Part shown: positions 53,555-64,000 of the stretch, one piece after another
Numbering within the stretch: the first letter of the stretch is position 1
How the letters are laid out: the number at the start of each line of letters is the position of its first letter
DNA from: Auanema rhodensis
Taxonomy: Eukaryota > Animalia > Nematoda
DNA length: 64,000 nucleotides
Direction: 5' to 3'
Assembly (NCBI GenBank): GCA_964057225.1
Contig: OZ059900.1
Span: forward strand, 18,848,001-18,912,000
Program-made: the position numbers and the translations under genes
Notes under the pieces: model-generated
Databases searched by the model: none
What the model saw: only the letters and a program-made list of their open reading frames with translations
Told to the model about the DNA's origin: nothing

Positions 53555-56500
53555 AGAGCGAAATTTCCAAAAACTGGTTTCCAGCATGATAAAATATTTC
53601 TCATGGGAAATACTGTGTTTTTGTATTTTTCTAGTGTTCAGCATGTAAAATGCTTCATTTTAGTATGTAACACGCTGAAATTCGTTGCATTTGACGACTC
53701 ATATGAACAAAAAATCGATTTAATCAATATTAGCCATAAGGGGCGTGCCCTCAGAATATGCTAATTTCCTTAATTTTCTAACCCCTGTTTTTTTGTCGTG
53801 AAAGTGGAACTAGACGTTGTACGAACAATTTTGAGCTAGGTTTCATTGACATTGCATGAGTTTGAACACATGAAATCGTAAGTCAAAACCTTGTTTACAG
53901 CGAAATTTCCAAAAACTGGTTTTCCAGCATAATAAAATATTTCTCATGGGAAATACTGTGTTTTTGTATTTTTCTAGTGTTCAGCATGTAAAATGCTTCA
54001 TTTTAGTATGTAACACGCTGAAATTCGTTGCATTTGACGACTCATATGAACAAAAATCGATTTAATCAATATTAGCCATAAGGGGCGTGCCCTCAGAATA
54101 TGCTAATTTCCTTAATTTTCTAACCCTTGTTTTTTTGTCGTGAAAGTGGAACTAGACGTTGTACAAACAATTTTGAGCTAGGTTTCATTGACATTGCATG
54201 AGTTTGAACACATGAAATCGTAAGTCAAAACCTTGTTTACAGCGAAATTTCCAAAAACTGGTTTTCCAGCATAATAAAATATTTCTCATGGGAAATACTG
54301 TGTTTTTGTATTTTTCTAGTGTTCAGCCTGTAAAATGCTTCATTTTAGTATGTAACACGCTGAAATTCGTTGCATTTGACGACTCATATGAACAAAAATC
54401 GATTTAATCAATATTAGCCATAAGGGCGTGCCCTCAGAATATGCTAATTTCCTTAATTTTCTAACCCTTGTTTTTTTGTCGTGAAAGTGGAACTAGACGT
54501 TGTACAAACAATTTTGAGCTAGGTTTCATTGACATTGCATGAGTTTGAACACATGAAATCGTAAGTCAAAACTTGTTTACAGCGAAATTTCCAAAAACTG
54601 GTTTTCCAGCATGATAAAATATTTCTCATGGGAAATACTGTGTTTTTGTATTTTTCTAGTGTTCAGCATGTAAAATGCTTCATTTTAGTATGTAACACGC
54701 TGAAATTCGTTGCATTTGACGACTCATATGAACAAAAATCGATTTAATCAATATTAGCCATAAGGGGGCGTGCCCTCAGAATATGCTAATTTCCTTAATT
54801 TTCTAACCCCTGTTTTTTTGTCGTGAAAGTGGAACTAGACGTTGTACGAACAATTTTGAGCTAGGTTTCATTGACATTGCATGAGTTTGAACACATGAAA
54901 TCGTAAGTCAAAACCTTGTTTACAGCGAAATTTCCAAAAACTGGTTTTCCAGCATAATAAAATATTTCTCATGGGAAATACTGTGTTTTTGTATTCTTCT
55001 AGTGTTCAGCATGTAAAATGCTTCATTTTAGTGTGTAACACGCTGAAATTCGTTGCATTTGACGACTCATATGAACAAAAATCGATTTAATCAATATTAG
55101 CCATAAGGGCGTGCCCTCAGAATATGCTAATTTCCTTAATTTTCTAACCCCTGTTTTTTTGTCGTGAAAGTGGAACTAGAACGTTGTACGAACAATTTTG
55201 GAGCTAGGTTTCATTGACATTGCATGAGTTTGAACACATGAAATCGTAAGTCAAAACCTTGTTTACAGCGAAATTTCCAAAAACTGGTTTTCCAGCATAA
55301 TAAAATATTTCTCATGGGAAATACTGTGTTTTTGTATTTTTCTAGTGTTCAGCATGTGAAATGCTTCATTTTAGTATGTAACACGCTGAAATTCGTTGCA
55401 TTTGACGACTCATATGAACAAAAATCGATTTAATCAATATTAGCCATAAGGGGCGTGCCCTCAGAATATGCTAATTTCCTTAATTTTCTAACCCCTGTTT
55501 TTTGTCGTGAAAGTGGAACTAGACGTTGTACGAACAATTTTGAGCTAGGTTTCATTGACATTGCATGAGTTTGAACACATGAAATCGTAAGTCAAAACCT
55601 TGTTTACAGCGAAATTTCCAAAAACTGGTTTTCCAGCATAATAAAATATTTCTCATGGAAATACTGTGTTTTTGTATTCTTCTAGTGTTCAGCATGTAAA
55701 ATGCTTCATTTTAGTGTGTAACACGCTGAAATTCGTTGCATTTGACGACTCATATGAACAAAAATCGATTTAATCAATATTAGCCATAAGGGGCGTGCCC
55801 CTCAGAATATGCTAATTTCCTTAATTTTCTAACCCCTGTTTTTTTGTCGTGAAAGTGGAACTAGACGTTGTACGAACAATTTTGAGCTAGGTTTCATTGA
55901 CATTGCATGAGTTTGAACACATGAAATCGTAAGTCAAAACCTTGTTTACAGCGAAATTTCCAAAAACTGGTTTTCCAGCATAATAAAATATTTCTCATGG
56001 GAAATACTGTGTTTTTGTATTTTTCTAGTGTTCAGCATGTAAAATGCTTCATTTTAGTATGTAACACGCTGAAATTCGTTGCATTTGACGACTCATATGA
56101 ACAAAAATCGATTTAATCAATATTAGCCATAAGGGGCGTGCCCTCAGAATATGCTAATTTTCCTTAATTTTCTAACCCCTGTTTTTTGTCGTGAAAGTGG
56201 AACTAGACGTTGTACGAACAATTTTGAGCTAGGTTTCATTGACATTGCATGAGTTTGAACACATGAAATCGTAAGTCAAAACCTTGTTTACAGCGAAATT
56301 TCCAAAAACTGGTTTTCCAGCATAATAAAATATTTCTCATGGGAAATACTGTGTTTTTGTATTTTTCTAGTGTTCAGCATGTAAAATGCTTCATTTTAGT
56401 ATGTAACACGCTGAAATTCGTTGCATTTGACGACTCATATGAACAAAAATCGATTTAATCAATATTAGCCATAAGGGGCGTGCCCTCAGAATATGCTAAT

Positions 56501-59500
56501 TTCCTTAATTTTCTAACCCCTGTTTTTTTGTCGTGAAAGTGGAACTAGACGTTGTACGAACAATTTTGAGCTAGGTTTCATTGACATTGCATGAGTTTGA
56601 ACACATGAAATCGTAAGTCAAAACCTAGTTTACAGCGAAATTTCCAAAAACTGTTTTCCCAGCATAATAAAATATTTCTCATGGGAAATACTGTGTTTTT
56701 GTATTCTTCTAGTGTTCAGCATGTAAAATGCTTCATTTTAGTGTGTAACACGCTGAAATTCGTTGCATTTGACGACTCATATGAACAAAAATCGATTTAA
56801 TCAATATTAGCCATAAGGGGCGTGCCCTCAGAATATGCTAATTTCCTTAATTTTCTAACCCCTGTTTTTTTGTCGTGAAAGTGGAACTAGACGTTGTACG
56901 AACAATTTTGAGCTAGGTTTCATTGACATTGCATGAGTTTGAACACATGAAATCGTAAGTCAAAACCTTGTTTACAGCGAAATTTCCAAAAACTGTTTTC
57001 CAGCATAATAAAATATTTCTCATGGGAAATACTGTGTTTTTGTATTTTTCTAGTGTTCAGCATGTAAAATGCCTTCATTTTAGTATGTAACACGCTGAAA
57101 TTCGTTGCATTTGACGACTCATATGAACAAAAATCGATTTAATCAATATTAGCCATAAGGGGCGTGCCCTCAGAATATGCTAATTTCCTTAATTTTCTAA
57201 CCCCTGTTTTTTTGTCGTGAAAGTGGAACTAGACGTTGTACGAACAATTTTGAGCTAGGTTTCATTGACATTGCATGAGTTTGAACACATGAAATCGTAA
57301 GTCAAAACCTGGTTTACAGCGAAATTTCCAAAACTGGTTTTCCAGCATAATAAAATATTTCTCATGGGAAATACTGTGTTTTTGTATTTTTCTAGTGTTC
57401 AGCATGTAAAATGCTTCATTTTAGTATGTAACACGCTGAAATTCGTTGCATTTGACGACTCATATGAACAAAAATCGATTTAATCAATATTAGCCATAAG
57501 GGGCGTGCCCTCAGAATATGCTAATTTCCTTAATTTTCTAACCCCTGTTTTTTTGTCGTGAAAGTGGAACTAGACGTTGTACGAACAATTTTGAGCTAGG
57601 TTTCATTGACATTGCATGAGTTTGAACACATGAAATCGTAAGTCAAAACCTTGTTTACAGCGAAATTTCGAAAAACTGGTTTTCCAGCATAATAAAATAT
57701 TTCTCATGGGAAATACTGTGTTTTTGTATTCTTCTAGTGTTCAGCATGTAAAATGCTTCATTTTAGTGTGTAACACGCTGAAATTCGTTGCATTTGACGA
57801 CTCATATGAACAAAAATCGATTTAATCAATATTAGCCATAAGGGGCGTGCCCTCAGAATATGCTAATTTCCTTAATTTTCTAACCCCTGTTTTTTTGTCG
57901 TGAAAGTGGAACTAGACGTTGTACAAACAATTTTGAGCTAGGTTTCATTGACATTGCATGAGTTTGAACACATGAAATCGTAAGTCAAAACCTTGTTTAC
58001 AGCGAAATTTCCAAAAACTGGTTTTCCAGCATAATAAAATATTTCTCATGGGAAATACTGTGTTTTTGTATTTTTCTAGTGTTCAGCATGTAAAATGCTT
58101 CATTTTAGTTTGTAACACGCTGAAATTCGTTGCATTTGACGACTCATATGAACAAAAATCGATTTAATCAATATTAGCCATAAGGGGCGTGCCCTCAGAA
58201 TATGCTAATTTCCTTAATTTTCTAACCCCTGTTTTTTTGTCGTGAAAGTGGAACTAGACGTTGTACGAACAATTTTGAGCTAGGTTACATTGACATTGCA
58301 TGAGTTTGAACACATGAAATCGTAAGTCAAAACCTTGTTTACAGCGAAATTTCCAAAAACTGGTTTTCCAGCATAATAAAATATTTCTCATGGGAAATAC
58401 TGTGTTTTTGTATTTTTCTAGTGTTCAGCATGTAAAATGCTTCATTTTAGTATGTAACACGCTGAAATTTCGTTGCATTTGACGACTCATATGAACAAAA
58501 ATCGATTTAATCAATATTAGCCATAAGGGGCGTGCCCTCAGAATATGCTAATTTCCTTAATTTTCTAACCCTTGTTTTTTGTCGTGAAAGTGGGAACTAG
58601 ACGTTGTACAAACAATTTTGAGCTAGGTTTCATTGACATTGCATGAGTTTGAACACATGAAATCGTAAGTCAAAACCTTGTTTACAGCGAAATTTCCAAA
58701 AACTGGTTTTCCAGCATGATAAAATATTTCTCATGGGAAATACTGTGTTTTTGTATTTTCTAGTGTTCAGCATGTAAAATGCTTCATTTTAGTATGTAAC
58801 ACGCTGAAATTCGTTGCATTTGACGACTCATATGAACAAAAATCGATTTAATCAATATTAGCCATAAGGGGCGTGCCCTCAGAATATGCTAATTTCCTTA
58901 ATTTTCTAACCCCTGTTTTTTTGTCGTGAAAGTGGAACTAGACGTTGTACGAACAATTTTGAGCTAGGTTTCATTGACATTGCATGAGTTTGAACACATC
59001 AAATCGTAAGTCAAAACCTTGTTTACAGCGAAATTTCCAAAAACTGGTTTTCCAGCATAATAAAATATTTCTCATGGGAAATACTGTGTTTTTGTATTTT
59101 TCTAGTGTTCAGCATGTAAAATGCTTCATTTTAGTATGTAACACGCTGAAATTCGTTGCATTTGACGACTCATATGAACAAAAATCGATTTAATCAATAT
59201 TAGCCATAAGGGGCGTGCCCTCAGAATATGCTAATTTCCTTAATATTCTAACCCTTGTTTTTTTGTCGTGAAAGTGGAACTAGACGTTGTACAAACAATT
59301 TTGAGCTAGGTTTCATTGACATTGCATGAGTTTGAACACATGAAATCGTAAGTCAAAACCTTGTTTACAGCGAAATTTCCAAAAACTGGTTTTCCAGCAT
59401 AATAAAATATTTCTTATGGGAAATACTGTGTTTTTGTATTTTTCTAGTGTTCAGCATGTAAAATGCTTCATTTTAGTATGTAACACGCTGAAATTCGTTG

Positions 59501-62500
59501 CATTTGACGACTCATATGAACAAAAATCGATTTAATCAATATTAGCCATAAGGGGCGTGCCCTCAGAATATGCTAATTTCCTTAATTTTCTAACCCTTGT
59601 TTTTTTGTCGTGAAAGTGGAACTAGACGTTGTACAAACAATTTTTGAGCTAGGTTTCATTGACATTGCATGAGTTTGAACACATGAAATCGTAAGTCAAA
59701 ACCTTGTTTACAGCGAAATTTCCAAAAACTGGTTTTCCAGCATGATAAAATATTTCTCATGGGAAATACTGTGTTTTTGTATTTTTCTAGTGTTCAGCAT
59801 GTAAAATGCTTCATTTTAGTATGTAACACGCTGAAATTCGTTGCATTTGACGACTCATATGAACAAAAATCGATTTAATCAATATTAGCCATAAGGGGCG
59901 TGCCCTCAGAATATGCTAATTTCCTTAATTTTCTAACCCCTGTTTTTTTGTCGTGAAAGTGGAACTAGACGTTGTACGAACAATTTTGAGCTAGGTTTCA
60001 TTGACATTGCATGAGTTTGAACACATGAAATCGTAAGTCAAAACCTTTTTTACAGCGAAATTTCCAAAAACTGGTTTTCCAGCATAATAAAATATTTCTC
60101 ATGGGAAATACTGTGTTTTTGTATTCTTCTAGTGTTCAGCATGTAAAATGCTTCATTTTAGTGTGTAACACGCTGAAATTCGTTGCATTTGACGACTCAT
60201 ATGAACAAAAATCGATTTAATCAATATTAGCCATAAGGGGCGTGCCCTCAGAATATGCTAATTTCCTTAATTTTCTAACCCCTGTTTTTTTGTCGTGAAA
60301 GTGGAACTAGACGTTGTACGAACAATTTTGAGCTAGGTTTCATTGACATTGCATGAGTTTGAACACATGAAATCGTAAGTCAAAACCTTGTTTACAGCGA
60401 AATTTCCAAAAACTGGTTTTCCAGCATAATAAAATATTTCTCATGGGAAATACTGTGTTTTTGTATTTTTCTAGTGTTCAGCATGTAAAATGCTTCATTT
60501 TAGTATGTAACACGCTGAAATTCGTTGCATTTGACGACTCATATGAACAAAAATCGATTTAATCAATATTAGCCATAAGGGGCGTGCCCTCAGAATATGC
60601 TAATTTCCTTAATTTTCTAACCCTTGTTTTTTTGTCGTGAAAGTGGAACTAGACGTTGTACAAACAATTTTGAGCTAGGTTTCATTGACATTGCATGAGT
60701 TTGAACACATGAAATCGTAAGTCAAAACCTTGTTTACAGCGAAATTTCCAAAAACTGGTTTTCCAGCATAATAAAATATTTCTTATGGGAAATACTGTGT
60801 TTTTGTATTTTTCTAGTGTTCAGCATGTAAAATGCTTCATTTTAGTATGTAACACGCTGAAATTCGTTGCATTTGACGACTCATATGAACAAAAATCGAT
60901 TTAATCAATATTAGCCATAAGGGGCGTGCCCTCAGAATATGCTAATTTCCTTAATTTTCTAACCCCTGTTTTTTTGTCGTGAAAGTGGAACTAGACGTTG
61001 TACAAACAATTTTGAGCTAGGTTTCATTGACATTGCATGAGTTTGAACACATGAAATCGTAAGTCAAAACCTTGTTTACAGCGAAATTTCCAAAAACTGG
61101 TTTTCCAGCATGATAAAATATTTCTCATGGGAAATACTGTGTTTTTGTATTTTTCTAGTGTTCAGCATGTAAAATGCTTCATTTTAGTATGTAACACGCT
61201 GAAATTCGTTGCATTTGACGACTCATATGAACAAAAATCGATTTAATCAATATTAGCCATAAGGGGCGTGCCCTCAGAATATGCTAATTTCCTTAATTTT
61301 CTAACCCCTGTTTTTTTGTCGTGAAAGTGGAACTAGACGTTGTACGAACAATTTTGAGCTAGGTTTCATTGACATTGCATGAGTTTGAACACATGAAATC
61401 GTAAGTCAAAACCTTGTTTACAGCGAAATTTCCAAAAACTGGTTTTCCAGCATAATAAAATATTTCTCATGGGAAATACTGTGTTTTTGTATTCTTCTAG
61501 TGTTCAGCATGTAAAATGCTTCATTTTAGTGTGTAACACGCTGAAATTCGTTGCATTTGACGACTCATATGAACAAAAAATCGATTTAATCAATATTAGC
61601 CATAAGGGGCGTGCCCTCAGAATATGCTAATTTCCTTAATTTTCTAACCCCTGTTTTTTTGTCGTGAAAGTGGAACTAGACGTTGTACGAACAATTTTGA
61701 GCTAGGTTTCATTGACATTGCATGAGTTTGAACACATGAAATCGTAAGTCAAAACCTTGTTTACAGCGAAATTTCCAAAAACTGGTTTTCCAGCATAATA
61801 AAATATTTCTCATGGGAAATACTGTGTTTTTGTATTTTTCTAGTGTTCAGCATGTAAAATGCTTCATTTTAGTATGTAACACGCTGAAATTCGTTGCATT
61901 TGACGACTCATATGAACAAAAATCGATTTAATCAATATTAGCCATAAGGGGCGTGCCCTCAGAATATGCTAATTTCCTTAATTTTCTAACCCTGTTTTTT
62001 GTCGTGAAAGTGGAACTAGACGTTGTACGAACAATTTTGAGCTAGGTTTCATTGACATTGCATGAGTTTGAACACATGAAATCGTAAGTCAAAACCTTGT
62101 TTACAGCGAAATTTCCAAAAACTGGTTTTCCAGCATAATAAAATATTTCTCATGGGAAATACTGTGTTTTTGTATTCTTCTAGTGTTCAGCATGTAAAAT
62201 GCTTCATTTTAGTGTGTAACACGCTGAAATTCGTTGCATTTGACGACTCATATGAACAAAAATCGATTTAATCAATATTAGCCATAAGGGGCGTGACCTC
62301 AGAATATGCTAATTTCCTTAATTTTCTAACCCCTGTTTTTTTTGTCGTGAAAGTGGAACTAGACGTTGTACGAACAATTTTGAGCTAGGTTTCATTGACA
62401 TTGCATGAGTTTGAACACATGAAATCGTAAGTCAAAACCTTGTTTACAGCGAAATTTCCAAAAACTGGTTTTCCAGCATAATAAAATATTTCTCATGGGA

Positions 62501-64000
62501 AATACTGTGTTTTTTGTATTTTTCTAGTGTTCAGCATGTAAAATGCTTCATTTTAGTATGTAACACGCTGAAATTCGTTGCATTTGACGACTCATATGAA
62601 CAAAAATCGATTTAATCAATATTAGCCATAAGGGGCGTGCCCTCAGAATATGCTAATTTCCTTAATTTTCTAACCCCTGTTTTTTTGTCGTGAAAGTGGA
62701 ACTAGACGTTGTACGAACAATTTTGAGCTAGGTTTCATTGACATTGCATGAGTTTGAACACATGAAATCGTAAGTCAAAACCTTGTTTACAGCGAAATTT
62801 CCAAAAACTGGTTTTCCAGCATAATAAAATATTTCTCATGGGAAATACTGTGTTTTTGTATTTTTCTAGTGTTCAGCATGTAAAATGCTTCATTTTAGTA
62901 TGTAACACGCTGAAATTCGTTGCATTTGACGACTCATATGAACAAAAATCGATTTAATCAATATTAGCCATAAGGGGCGTGCCCTCAGAATATGCTAATT
63001 TCCTTAATTTTCTAACCCCTGTTTTTTTGTCGTGAAAGTGGAACTAGACGTTGTACGAACAATTTTGAGCTAGGTTTCATTGACATTGCATGAGTTTGAA
63101 CACATGAAATCGTAAGTCAAAACCTTGTTTACAGCGAAATTTCCAAAAACTGGTTTTCCAGCATAATAAAATATTTCTCATGGGAAATACTGTGTTTTTG
63201 TATTCTTCTAGTGTTCAGCATGTAAAATGCTTCATTTTAGTGTGTAACACGCTGAAATTCGTTGCATTTGACGACTCATATGAACAAAAATCGATTTAAT
63301 CAATATTAGCCATAAGGGGCGTGCCCTCAGAATATGCTAATTTCCTTAATTTTCTAACCCCTGTTTTTTTGTCGTGAAAGTGGAACTAGACGTTGTACGA
63401 ACAATTTTGAGCTAGGTTTCATTGACATTGCATGAGTTTGAACACATGAAATCGTAAGTCAAAACCTTGTTTACAGCGAAATTTCCAAAAACTGGTTTTC
63501 CAGCATAATAAAATATTTCTCATGGGAAATACTGTGTTTTTGTATTTTTCTAGTGTTCAGCATGTAAAATGCTTCATTTTAGTATGTAACACGCTGAAAT
63601 TCGTTGCATTTGACGACTCATATGAACAAAAATCGATTTAATCAATATTAGCCATAAGGGGCGTGCCCTCAGAATATGCTAATTTCCTTAATTTTCTAAC
63701 CCCTGTTTTTTTGTCGTGAAAGTGGAACTAGACGTTGTACGAACAATTTTGAGCTAGGTTTCATTGACATTGCATGAGTTTGAACACATGAAATCGTAAG
63801 TCAAAACCTTGTTTACAGCGAAATTTCCAAAAACTGGTTTTCCAGCATAATAAAATATTTCTCATGGGAAATACTGTGTTTTTGTATTCTTCTAGTGTTC
63901 AGCATGTAAAATGCTTCATTTTAGTGTGTAACACGCTGAAATTCGTTGCATTTGACGACTCATATGAACAAAAATCGATTTAATCAATATTAGCCATAAG
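53555..64000 (+). repeat. Satellite with frequent private 1-2 bp indels (probably lower consensus quality)
   Basis: Examples: ACAGAGCG 53555, GGTTTCCAG ~53578, TAAGGGCG 54421, TAAGGGGGCG 54761, TAGAACG ~55180, TTTGGAGC ~55200, GTGCCCCT ~55800, GTGGGAAC ~58592. Confidence 0.8.

Larger units (their letters stand above)
1..64000 (+). repeat. Tandem satellite DNA array, 342-bp monomer, about 187 copies, running off both ends of the window
   Basis: AATTCGTTGCATTTGACGAC starts at 1 and 343 and recurs every 342 bp (variant at 685, then 1027). Monomers differ by only a few substitutions. No non-satellite sequence is present except three 10-bp junction linkers. 117/342 G+C in monomer 1, with many A/T tracts. 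Confidence 0.99.

Noticed and set aside
58984-59193. 69-aa ORF MSLNTSNR...
   Set aside because: A single private G>C at 59000 removes the TGA present in other monomers, in the error-prone zone. Chance ORF.
1-64000. CRISPR array or repeat-plus-spacer system
   Set aside because: There are no unique spacers; the entire 342-bp unit is repeated and there are no associated genes.

Overview
The whole 64 kb window is one eukaryotic-type satellite DNA array of about 187 copies of a 342-bp AT-rich monomer (about 34% GC, hand-counted on 1-342). I find no credible protein-coding gene, RNA gene, transposon or CRISPR array, and the four ORFs in the track are by-products of the repeat. There are three zones. 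(1) 1-10337 is more diverged and rearranged, with three reverse-oriented blocks (1310-2472, 7118-8280, 9506-10327). All three share identical junctions, the same upstream monomer with a 58-bp deletion and the same 10-bp T-rich linker, so one inversion event was later amplified as a cassette. (2) 10338-53554 is very homogeneous, keeps exact 342-bp register over 126 monomers, and its point variants reveal nested 3-, 5-, 7-, 8- and 17/15-monomer duplications. (3) 53555-64000 abruptly shows many private 1-2 bp indels, probably lower consensus quality. The monomer is rich in short dyad symmetries, and imperfect inverted repeats within it coincide with the inversion junctions. I cannot name the species or satellite family. 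Centromeric or pericentromeric location is an inference only. I see no evidence for a new gene-based system; the most interesting structure is the amplified inversion cassette.
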